The notes below the pieces were generated by a model, which saw only the letters and a list, made by a program, of their open reading frames with translations, did no database searches and was not told where the DNA came from. From assembly GCA_036501385.1 (NCBI GenBank), contig DASYAK010000074.1, positions 27,646-91,645 on the forward strand: a stretch of DNA of 64,000 nucleotides, in the 5' to 3' direction. Source of the stretch: Gemmatimonadales bacterium (GTDB lineage Bacteria > Gemmatimonadota > Gemmatimonadetes > Gemmatimonadales > GWC2-71-9). Of this stretch, positions 40,891 to 49,900 are shown one piece after another. The position numbers were made by a program, and so were the translations under genes. The number at the start of each line of letters is the position of its first letter. Positions within the stretch are counted from its first letter, which is position 1.

Positions 40891-41267
40891 CGGCTTCCTC
40901 CCTCGAGTTCGTGTCGAATCGCTTCGCGCAATTCCTGTTGCGACAGTCCCAGCCGCGCCGCGTCGGCCAGCATCTGGCGCGCCAGCCGCCGCGCCTGCGC
41001 AATCCGTTCCCGCGACCGGCTCTCCACCGCCATGCTTCGGACGAAGGTGCCGGCCCCCTGCCGCAACTCGACGAACCCCTCGTCTTCGAGCACCCGGTAC
41101 GCCTGGACGACCGTGGCGGGATTGATCCGCAGCCGCCCCGCCAGTTCCCGCACCGACGGGAGGATCTCGCCGGACCGGAGTTCGCCGGTCGCCACCGCGG
41201 CCTTGAGCCGCACGGCGATCTGCTCGTAGAGCGGGACGGCGCTTTTCGGGTCGAGATCGGCGAGCAT
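40887..41267 (-). CDS. GntR-family transcriptional regulator, short YtrA subfamily
   Basis: 126 aa. Winged-HTH PLYEQIAVRLKAAVATGELRSGEILPSVRELAGRLRINPATVVQAYRVLEDEGFVELRQGAGTFV with only a short C-terminal helical tail. Confidence 0.9.
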   Translation of the reverse strand: MLADLDPKSAVPLYEQIAVRLKAAVATGELRSGEILPSVRELAGRLRINPATVVQAYRVLEDEGFVELRQGAGTFVRSMAVESRSRERIAQARRLARQMLADAARLGLSQQELREAIRHELEGGSR

Positions 41268-41278
41268 GCATCTCCGGG

Positions 41279-41311
41279 TGTATCGTCAACTGTATTGCTG
41301 TACCGATACAG
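41279..41311. promoter_or_regulatory. Candidate YtrA/GntR operator: nested inverted repeats and three TGTAYYG direct repeats
   Basis: TGTATCG (41279), TGTATTG (41291), TGTACCG (41299). GTATCG(41280..41285)-N18-CGATAC(41304..41309) and CTGTAT(41290..41295)-N10-ATACAG(41306..41311). Lies 12-44 nt upstream of the GntR start at 41267. Confidence 0.35.
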
Positions 41312-41399
41312 TAGATGTTTTCCCGGGCCGCGTCAAGTGGGCGCCGTCCGGACGGCTCGCCGGTTGCCTCCCGCGCCGGGCCCCGCGTGATTGCTGTCG

Positions 41400-42695
41400 A
41401 TGACCGCCACCGAAACCCATCGCGCCGTCGAGGCGGTCTGGCGGATCGAGTCGTCCCGCCTCATCGCCGGTCTGACCCGGCTGGTCCGCGACGTCGGTCT
41501 CGCCGAGGATCTGGCCCAGGACGCGCTCGTTGCGGCCCTCGAGCGGTGGCCGGTCTCGGGGATTCCCGACAACCCAGGCGCGTGGCTCATGGCCACGGCG
41601 AAACACCGAGCCATCGATCATCACCGCCGTTCGACGCGCCTCGACGCCAAGCACGCCGCACTCGGGATCGAACTCGACGCCGAGCGCGACGCGGAGGTCG
41701 CCAAGCTCGACGCCGCCCTCGACGATCCGGTCGGCGACGATCTCCTCGGCCTGATGTTCATGACCTGTCATCCGGTCCTGCCGAGTGAAGGTCAGGTTGC
41801 CCTCACCCTCCGGCTTCCCGGCGGTCTGTCGACTCCCGAAATCGCGCGCGCGTTTCTGGTGCCGGAGGCCACAGTGGCGCAGCGCATGGTCCGTGCGAAG
41901 CGCACCCTGGCGCAGGCGAAGATCCAGTTCGAAGTGCCGCGCGGCGCCGAACTCGCCGCCCGCATGCCCGCAGTGCTTGGCGTGATCTATCTCATCTTCA
42001 ACGAGGGATACTCCGCCACCGCTGGCAACGCATGGACTCGTCCCACGCTTTGCGACGAAGCACTTCGCCTCGGCCGGATCCTTGCCGAGCTCGCGCCGGA
42101 AGAGGGCGAGGTGCACGGGCTGGTAGCGTTGATGGAATTGCATGCGTCGCGTTTGCGGGCGCGCTCGGGCCCGGCCGGCGAACCGATTCTGCTTCTCGAT
42201 CAGGATCGGGCGCGATGGGATCAGATGCTGATTCACCGCGGTCTCGCGGCACTCGCGCGCGCGGCCAGTCTCGGCGAACTCGGGCCATATGGCCTCCAGG
42301 CCGCGATTGCGGCATGCCACGCCCGGGCCCGGGTTGCATCGGAGACCGATTGGATCCGGATCGCCGCACTCTACAGCGCGCTGGTTCTCCGCGCGCCATC
42401 TCCAGTCGTCGAATTGAACCACGCCGTCGCGATCGGGATGGCGTTCGGTGCCGAACCGGCGCTGGTGCTGGTCGACGCCCTCCGCGATGAGGGGCTCCTG
42501 GCCCAGTACTACCTTCTCCCCAGCGTGCGCGGTGACCTTCTCGAAAAAATCGGACGCTTCGATGAGGCCGCGGCGGAGTTCGAGGCGGGTGGATCACTCA
42601 CGCACAACGAACGCGAGCGGACGATCCTCCTCGATCGTGCCCAGCGTGCGCGGCGCCACGCCGCTGGCGTGCCGCCGGCATCGTCGGCATCTTAG
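41400..42695 (+). CDS. ECF sigma factor with long C-terminal extension (ECF42-like)
   Basis: AVWRIESSRLIAGLTRLVRDVGLAEDLAQDALVAALERWP, NPGAWLMATAKHRAID (region 2), LSTPEIARAFLVPEATVAQRMVRAKRTL (region 4), then a helical extension of roughly 230 aa. The ATG at 41400 or the TTG at 41391 could be the start. Confidence 0.9.
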   Translation: MTATETHRAVEAVWRIESSRLIAGLTRLVRDVGLAEDLAQDALVAALERWPVSGIPDNPGAWLMATAKHRAIDHHRRSTRLDAKHAALGIELDAERDAEVAKLDAALDDPVGDDLLGLMFMTCHPVLPSEGQVALTLRLPGGLSTPEIARAFLVPEATVAQRMVRAKRTLAQAKIQFEVPRGAELAARMPAVLGVIYLIFNEGYSATAGNAWTRPTLCDEALRLGRILAELAPEEGEVHGLVALMELHASRLRARSGPAGEPILLLDQDRARWDQMLIHRGLAALARAASLGELGPYGLQAAIAACHARARVASETDWIRIAALYSALVLRAPSPVVELNHAVAIGMAFGAEPALVLVDALRDEGLLAQYYLLPSVRGDLLEKIGRFDEAAAEFEAGGSLTHNERERTILLDRAQRARRHAAGVPPASSAS

Positions 42696-42754
42696 GGCCG
42701 ACGGCCAGCATGGTCGCGCCGGATGAGTGCCACCCTTGGTCACCGGAGGATTGC

Positions 42755-43096
42755 ATGTCGGTCTCGGTCGCGGGAGTGACGCTGCACGTGGCCGATGTCG
42801 ATCGGTCGCTGGCATTCTATCGGGCGCTTCCCGGCGCGCAGGTACACTTTCACATGCCGGGGCAATTTGCCCTGGTGCAATTCGGCGCGGGGCGTATCGG
42901 TCTGCTCGCCGATCAGAAGCGACAGTTCCACGTCGAACTCGAAGTCCCCGATCTCGATGCAGCCGCGGCAACGCTCAAGGAACTCGGCGTCAAGTTTGAC
43001 GGGCCGACGACACGTCCCTGGGGCGAGCGAGACGTGCTGGTGCACGATCCCGACGGCTACCTCGTCGAATTCGGGACGCCGGATGGCGCCAGCTGA
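42755..43096 (+). CDS. VOC/glyoxalase family protein
   Basis: ATG 42755 preceded by GGAGGA. VTLHVADVDRSLAFY, HVELEVPDLDAAAATLKELGV, VLVHDPDGYLVEF. Confidence 0.85.
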   Translation: MSVSVAGVTLHVADVDRSLAFYRALPGAQVHFHMPGQFALVQFGAGRIGLLADQKRQFHVELEVPDLDAAAATLKELGVKFDGPTTRPWGERDVLVHDPDGYLVEFGTPDGAS

Positions 43097-43124
43097 TGAT
43101 TCACTCATAGACGTCGAGAGCGCA

Positions 43125-43646
43125 ATGAATCCATTCGATCCGCCCGCCCCCGGCGAAGCGGCAGAATATTTCTCCGGCTACATCGCCAAGGCACCAGCCG
43201 GCGATATCCGTCGCACGCTGGAAGCCCAGGGGAATGACGTCCTTCTCTTCCTGCGCTCCATCTCCGAAGACCACTCGTTGCACCGCTATGCGCCGGGCAA
43301 ATGGTCGATCCGCGAGGTGCTGAGCCACGTCAACGACACCGAGCGGGTCTTTGTCTATCGCACGCTGTGGTTTGCGCGCGGGTATGACGCGCCCCTGCCG
43401 AGCTTCAACCAGGACGTCGCGGTCGAGTCGGCGGGGGCGGATGCGCGCGGCTGGGCGAGCCACGTTGCGGAATTCGACGCCGTCCGCCGCGCGTCGACAG
43501 CACTCTTCAATTCACTCCCCGACAGCGCGTGGAGCCGCCGGGGCGTAGCCGGCGGGAACCCGTTCACCGTGCGGGCACTCGGCTACATCGTCGCGGGGCA
43601 TGTGGCGCATCACGTCGATCTCCTCCAGACCCGGTATCTCACCTGA
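43125..43646 (+). CDS. DinB-family four-helix-bundle protein
   Basis: KWSIREVLSHVNDTERVF and YIVAGHVAHHVDLL (His triad pattern). Internal ATG 43125 of ORF 42795..43646. Confidence 0.85.
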   Translation: MNPFDPPAPGEAAEYFSGYIAKAPAGDIRRTLEAQGNDVLLFLRSISEDHSLHRYAPGKWSIREVLSHVNDTERVFVYRTLWFARGYDAPLPSFNQDVAVESAGADARGWASHVAEFDAVRRASTALFNSLPDSAWSRRGVAGGNPFTVRALGYIVAGHVAHHVDLLQTRYLT

Positions 43647-43715
43647 TCGGTCGTGAGATGACGATGTGATACCTTTGATTCGCTCCCGCAACATCTGTTT
43701 CCGATGGAGGTTCCC

Positions 43716-45956
43716 ATGTACTGGTCCGCTCCCGTCCTGGCACTCATCCTCGCCGCTCCCACCCCCCGACCCGCACCGGTGCGGCACCGTCCGGTTCCGG
43801 CGGCCGAACGGTCGCGCTGGGATGCGCGGGCGCACAACGTCACCATCATCCGGGATGACTGGGGAATTGCACACGTCTACGGCAAGACCGACGCCGACGC
43901 GATCTTCGGCGGGATCTACGCCCAGGCAGAGGATGATTTCAATCGCGTCGAGATGAATTACATCAACGCGATGGGGCGACTTGCCGAAACCGAAGGCGAG
44001 TCGGCGATCTGGCGCGACCTCAGGATGAAGCTTTTCATCCATCCCGACACACTGAAGGCGCTGTACGCGTCGAGTCCGGCGTGGCTCAAGTCCTTGATGG
44101 ATGCGTGGGCCGACGGCCTCAACTTCTACCTCGACAAGCACCCCGACGTGACGCCGAAGGTGATTCGTCACTTCGAGCCGTGGATGGCGCTGTCGTTCAC
44201 CGAGGGGAGCATTGGCGGCGACGTCGAGAAGATCAATCTCGCCGGGCTGCAGACCTTCTACGGCGGAACCACCGCGACTCCGGCTCCCGTGCCCCCGGGG
44301 AGCGGCGACGGCTTCCCGCCCGAACCGGGCGGATCGAACGGGATTGCTATATCAGCCAATAATACAGTTGGCCATCACGCGCTGCTGCTGATCAATCCGC
44401 ACACGTCGTTCTTCTTCCGCTCCGAGCTGCAGATGGTGAGTGATCAGGGACTCGACGCGTACGGTGCGGCGACCTGGGGGCAGTTCTTCATCTATCAGGG
44501 ATTCAACGACAAGATCGGCTGGATGCACACGTCGAGTGCCGTCGACGCGACCGACGAGTTTCTCGAGACCGTGACCAAACGTGGAGACCACTACGTCTAC
44601 AAGCACGGCGCCGACGAGCTGCCGGTGCGCGAAGCGGTGATCACCGTCCCCTACAAGACGGCGACCGGCATGGCGGAGACGAAGTTCACCGTCTATTACA
44701 CGCAGCACGGGCCGGTGACCCATGCCGTCGGTGACAAGTGGGTCACCTTCGACATGATGAACGAGCCGGTCAAGGCGCTGACGCAGTCGTATATCCGCAC
44801 CAAGGCGCGAGACTACAAGACCTTCCGCCAGTCGCTTGAACTGCATACCAATTCATCAAACAACACGATCTTCGCCGACGCGGCCGGCGACATCGCCTAC
44901 TTCCACGGCAACTACATCCCCCGGCGCGACACGTCGTTCGACTGGACGCGCCCGGTCGACGGGAGCAATCCCGCCACTGACTACCACGGCCTGCTTTCGG
45001 TGGACGAAACGCCCCACCTCTTCAACCCGGCCAGCGGCTGGCTCTACAACTCGAACAACTCGCCGTGGTCGGCGGCGGGTCCGAGCTCGCCGAAACGCGA
45101 GGACTATCCCCGATACGTCGACAATGGCAGCGAATCGGCCCGCGGCCTGCATGCGATCCGGGTGCTGCAGAATCGCAAGGATTTCTCCATCGAAGCGCTG
45201 CGCGCCGCCGCGTTCGACTCCTACCAGACCTGGTTCGAGAAGCCGATTCCCGCGCTCATCGCCGCCTGGGATGCTCTCCCTGCAAACGATTCGCTCAAGG
45301 CGAAGCTGTCGGAGCAGATCGGGATGCTGCGTAGCTGGGACCTGCGCTGGTCTGCGGCGTCGATTCCGACGACACTGGCGGTGTACTGGGGATCTGACAT
45401 CCAGCGCGCCGGTCGTGGCGGTGGGCGTGGAGCTGGGCGCGCTGCCGGCGGCGGTGGCGGCGCTGCCGGGGCGCCGTCAGCGGCCGATCCGCTCGGCAAC
45501 CGGGTGACACCAGCGCAGATGCTGCAGTCGCTGGTCGCGGCGTCGGACAAGCTCACCGCCGACTTCGGAACCTGGAAGATGCCGTGGGGAGAGGTCAACC
45601 GATTCCAGCGGGTCACCGACGATATCACGGCGACATTCAATGATGCGGCGCCAAGCATTCCGGTGATGTTCAGCACGGCGACGTGGGGATCCCTGGCTTC
45701 GTTCGCCACGGCACGCACCACGCCCCAGGCGAAGAAGCTCTACGGCACCAGCGGCAATTCGTTCGTTGCCGTGATCGAGTTCGGCGACAGCGTGCGGGCG
45801 ATCGCGGTGACCGCTGGCGGCGAGAGCGGCGATCCCAAATCGAAGCACTTCACCGATCAGGCCGAGCGCTACGCCACCGGGAATCTGCGGCCGGTGTACT
45901 ACTACCGGTCGCAGCTCAAGGGGCACACGGAGCGAGAGTATCATCCGGGCGAGTGA
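43716..45956 (+). CDS. Penicillin/AHL-acylase family Ntn-hydrolase (peptidase S45-like)
   Basis: Signal MYWSAPVLALILAAP. WGIAHVYG. Autoprocessing/nucleophile region PEPGGSNGIAISANNTVGHHALLLINPH. 746 aa from the 43716 start (ORF-track translation from 43704 is 750 aa). Contains a Gly/Arg-rich insertion at 45405..45476. Confidence 0.9.
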   Translation: MYWSAPVLALILAAPTPRPAPVRHRPVPAAERSRWDARAHNVTIIRDDWGIAHVYGKTDADAIFGGIYAQAEDDFNRVEMNYINAMGRLAETEGESAIWRDLRMKLFIHPDTLKALYASSPAWLKSLMDAWADGLNFYLDKHPDVTPKVIRHFEPWMALSFTEGSIGGDVEKINLAGLQTFYGGTTATPAPVPPGSGDGFPPEPGGSNGIAISANNTVGHHALLLINPHTSFFFRSELQMVSDQGLDAYGAATWGQFFIYQGFNDKIGWMHTSSAVDATDEFLETVTKRGDHYVYKHGADELPVREAVITVPYKTATGMAETKFTVYYTQHGPVTHAVGDKWVTFDMMNEPVKALTQSYIRTKARDYKTFRQSLELHTNSSNNTIFADAAGDIAYFHGNYIPRRDTSFDWTRPVDGSNPATDYHGLLSVDETPHLFNPASGWLYNSNNSPWSAAGPSSPKREDYPRYVDNGSESARGLHAIRVLQNRKDFSIEALRAAAFDSYQTWFEKPIPALIAAWDALPANDSLKAKLSEQIGMLRSWDLRWSAASIPTTLAVYWGSDIQRAGRGGGRGAGRAAGGGGGAAGAPSAADPLGNRVTPAQMLQSLVAASDKLTADFGTWKMPWGEVNRFQRVTDDITATFNDAAPSIPVMFSTATWGSLASFATARTTPQAKKLYGTSGNSFVAVIEFGDSVRAIAVTAGGESGDPKSKHFTDQAERYATGNLRPVYYYRSQLKGHTEREYHPGE

Positions 45957-45978
45957 AGCCGCGCTGATTGCCAGGGCG

Positions 45979-46890
45979 ATGGTCCGCTCTTTCATCGGCG
46001 CCATCGCTGTCGTCGCGATCCTGGGCACTGGAGCCCTCGCTGCGCAGGGCCCGCGCGTGCCGATCGTTCCCGGCGAACGGGTCGCATTGCGTATCCCGCC
46101 CGCCGCGTTCGCCGACAGTCTTGTCGATTCGCTTCGACGGATCCCGATCGCCGTGGCCGAGCGATCCGGTGATGCCATGCGGGTCAATGGTCGCGATGAA
46201 TGGGAGAGCGCCGGCTTTGTGTCGCCACATCCCGTCGGGATCGATTCCGTGCGAGTTGACCCGCGAAACAAGCGGCTCGATATCACGGTCGAAGGCAATG
46301 ACATTGGTCAAGTACTGGTGCGCGTTCCGCTCGGCGACACGGCATTCGTTTTCGCGCGAATCTTCTCACCGGCCGGTGACACCGCAACGATCGAATCGGC
46401 CGGGCGCGAGGCGGTGGCCGCGCGCGTCTTTGCCGGCGCGATGTCGGTGGAACCCGCGGCCCAGCAGGCGGCACTCCTGCAGCTTCTCCGAGCGAACATC
46501 CTGTTGAGTGCAGTGCGAGTCGACTCGGCGGAAGGCCGCCCATACCTGGCGTTTCGGGCGAGCGAGTCGACCTACACCTGCGCCGGACGGCCAATCACCG
46601 ACCCGGAGCGCCTGGGCGATGTACTGGAAGAAGTCGCGCTCCCGGTGCTGTGGAATGTCGGGCACGCCGCACCGGCGCAGCCCGGGTCGTTCGGGTACGT
46701 CGTCACGGTGCGGATGAAACGGGAATATTCTTGCGGCAGCGAACCCGCGCCCGGGGATTCACTGACGATCTATGTTGGCGCCGATGCGGCGGGTGAATTC
46801 GCCGCCGCCAGCGTCACCGGGCGCAAGCTGATCAGCGAGTCGCCGATCTTCTTCCGCGGCCATCGCATCGCGGTGGCGTTTTCGAAGTAG
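45979..46890 (+). CDS. Hypothetical secreted protein
   Basis: Signal MVRSFIGAIAVVAILGTGALAAQG. High GC3. No family recognised. Confidence 0.55.
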   Translation: MVRSFIGAIAVVAILGTGALAAQGPRVPIVPGERVALRIPPAAFADSLVDSLRRIPIAVAERSGDAMRVNGRDEWESAGFVSPHPVGIDSVRVDPRNKRLDITVEGNDIGQVLVRVPLGDTAFVFARIFSPAGDTATIESAGREAVAARVFAGAMSVEPAAQQAALLQLLRANILLSAVRVDSAEGRPYLAFRASESTYTCAGRPITDPERLGDVLEEVALPVLWNVGHAAPAQPGSFGYVVTVRMKREYSCGSEPAPGDSLTIYVGADAAGEFAAASVTGRKLISESPIFFRGHRIAVAFSK

Positions 46891-46899
46891 CGGCAAATG

Positions 46900-46933
46900 A
46901 CCAAAGCCGGCGAAATCGCTTCGCCGGCTTGGT
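46900..46933. terminator. Hairpin between convergent genes (hypothetical + / BNR paralog 1 -)
   Basis: ACCAA(A)GCCGGCGAA-ATCGC-TTCGCCGGCTTGGT (14 bp with one bulge). A UUU run follows on the minus-strand reading. Confidence 0.45.
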
Positions 46934-46966
46934 CGCCATCGTCATCCATCCCCGGTCAGCAATCAC

Positions 46967-49900
46967 TCACTGCGGCGCTTCGATCGCCGCCTCTCCCGCC
47001 GCCTTCAGCTTCGCGTTCAACGCGGCGAGTCCGGTCGTCCGGAGCGCATTCCACCGAAGCGTCACCGCCACCGATTCCGCGCGCGCCTGGCCGCATGCTG
47101 CCACCTCGCTTGCCGTTGGCGCGACTTCGGCGCTCTGCATGGCGAGCGCCGCCGCCATGAAGGCGCTGCTCGCGCCGTCCAGCGTTGACGTACCGGCGCC
47201 GCTTGCAGCACCGCGCCCCCGGCCGCCCGCGCGTCCAGCTGCAGGTGGACCGGCTGGCGCACCCGCTCCAGTCGCCGCTCCTGCTGCGCCGGCGCCACCA
47301 CCTCGCCCACCTCGACCACCGCCACCGCGTCCGCCGCGCCCGCCCCCTGCAGCCGCAGCGGGTGCGAGCGAGTCAACCTTCGCCTTGAACGCAGCGGCGT
47401 CACTTCCACCGGCGCTTTCGAGTTTGGCCGAGAGTGCCCGGGCGGCATCATACGCTTCGTGAGTGGTGCGGGCGCCGTCGTACATCTCGCGCGTAAGCGT
47501 CGCGAGTTGCGTGAGTGCGATCGCCGGCGTCCTGACGCGCGGATCGAGCCTAACCATGATCGGCTGGGTGTACGTCTTTCCGTCGACGGTCAGCTGAACC
47601 GAGTAACTCCCCGGCGGCGCCCAGGGCGATGCGACCCCCGGATAGGTGCGATGCGGCACCGCTCCACCCGCGCCGCCGCCGCGTCCGCCGCCACCCGACC
47701 CGATCGGATCGTAGTGCATGTCCCAGCTCCAGCGATGCATTCCGTGCGCCGCCGAGAGCGCCACTGATGGTGCCGGCCAATAGAGTGGCAGACCGCAATC
47801 CGGCGCGTTTGGTGTCGCCTTGCAGACCTCGTTGTACTTCACCGGATCGCGCGCCGGGTCAGGATTCATCGCGATTTCATCGCTCGTGTAAGTGCGGACG
47901 ACGTGATGTGCCCCATCGAGGACCTGGAGCGTGACATGCGACGCATCGGCTGCGAGGTAGTAGTCGATCAGCGCGCCCGGCGGAGGATTCTCGCCGGCCG
48001 GAAGTTCCGGCGGCCACGGCGTCGGATCGTTGCCGGCGAAGCGGATGCGCACCGCCGTCTCCGGCTTGAAGAGATAATTCCCGCCGCCGGCCATCGCGGC
48101 CGCGGCCTGTCGCAGCGGCGTTACGTCGTCGAGAATCCAGAAGCCGCGCCCGTGCGTTCCGGCGACGAGATCGGCGCAGAGGCACGAGCTGTCGTCCTTG
48201 ATCTGGATGTCGCGCACCGAGATCGCCGGCATGTCGAGCTTGAGCGACTCCCAGTGATCGCCGTCGTCGAATGACACCCAGACCTGGAGGTCGGTCGAGG
48301 CGTAGAGCAATCCCTTCTTGCGGGGATCTTCGCGGATCGAGTTGGCGACCGCGCCCGGGGCGATCCCATTGTCGATCTCGGTCCACGTCTTCCCGCCGTC
48401 GTGCGTGCGCCAGAAGTGCGGGTTGAGGTCATCGAGACGCAACGTGTTGGCCGCGGCGTAAGCAGTCAGCGTGTCGAAGTGACCGGCCTCGATGTTGAAG
48501 ATCCGTGTCCACGGCTTGATCGCGGCCGGCGTGACGTTGCTCCAGTGCGCTCCGCCGTTCGTTGTCACCTGGATGTTGCCGTCGTCCGTTCCGGCCCAGA
48601 GGACGTTGACACTCCGCGGCGACGCCGACAGCGCGGTGATCGCGCCCTCGGGCGCGGGCGTCACGGTCGACGTGTACTTCCCGGCGTTGGCCGGCACCGC
48701 CCACGTCACGCGAGTGAGATCTGGCGAGATCCGGGTCCACGAATGTCCGTGATTGATCGTCTTGAACACCACGTTCGATGCATAGAAGAGGACGTCGGCA
48801 TTGACCGGTGACCAGACGATCGGCATGGTGCGCACGTTGCGCCCGAATGCCGGCGTGCGCACACTCGCGTCAGGTCCCACGGTTGTCGTCTGCCCCGTCT
48901 TCCTGTTGTAGAGCGAGACATTGGTCCGCTGGCTGGCGTAGACCAGGTCTGGATCCTTGGGATCCGGTGCCGCAACGCCGTACTCCTGGATGTTGACCGG
49001 GTGCCAGTCGTGGAAGGTGATCTCGCCATCGGGTGAGCGCGATTCGACGCACGCCGATCCCGAATCCTGCTGCCCGCCACAGACCATGTAGGGGAACGAA
49101 TTGTCTGTGCTGACGTGATACATCGCCGCGGTGGGCTGGTTGTACCAGTTGCTCCACGACTTGCCGCGATTGGCCGAGACCACGCCGCCCTGATCCGAGA
49201 CCACGAGGAGGACGTCGGGGTTGACCGGATTGATCCATGTTTTCTGGTAGTCGTCGCCACCCGGCGCGCCGCGCACCGCCGACCAGGTGATTCCGCCGTC
49301 GTCGGTGCGCCAGAGCACGGTCGACGAGCTGTACACCACCTTGTCGTTCTTGGGATCGACCGCGATGGTGGGGAGATCGCCGCCACCAATGCGCGCCATC
49401 GGGCGCATGTCGGGCGCGTGCTGCTGTGCGGCGTCGTTGACTGCCAGATGCCAATGCTCACCGCCATCAGTCGACTTGTAGAGCCCGGTGCCTGCGCCAC
49501 CCGCGCCACCTCCGCGGCCGCCACCGCCGCCTGCACCGGCGGCACTCCCGACGACGGCATACACTACTTGCGAATTGCTCGGCGCTATCGCGAGGTTGGC
49601 CTGACTTACCGTCGGCAACCCGTCAGTCAATTGCTTCCAGGTCGTTCCCCCGTCGGTCGACTTGAAGATGCCGCCGCTGGCACCAGCAAACCCGCGACCA
49701 TTCTCCGAAAACTCCTGCTGCTGCTGCCACATCGCTGCATACACGACCTGCGGATTTGACGGATCGATCCTCACGTCATTGGCGCTGGTGTATTCGTCCT
49801 TGTAGAGGACCTTCTGGAAGGTCTTGCCGCCATCGGTCGAGCGGAAGATTCCACGCTCGGTGTTGGGGCCATACGGATGGCCCAGCGCTGCGACAAAGAA

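Noticed and set aside
39973-41289. The single 438-aa ORF from the track, taken as one gene.
   Set aside because: Its first ~133 residues are Arg/Gly/Pro-rich and overlap, out of frame, a clean GntR winged-helix ORF (40887..41267). The ABC ATPase begins at GTG 40890, overlapping the GntR stop.
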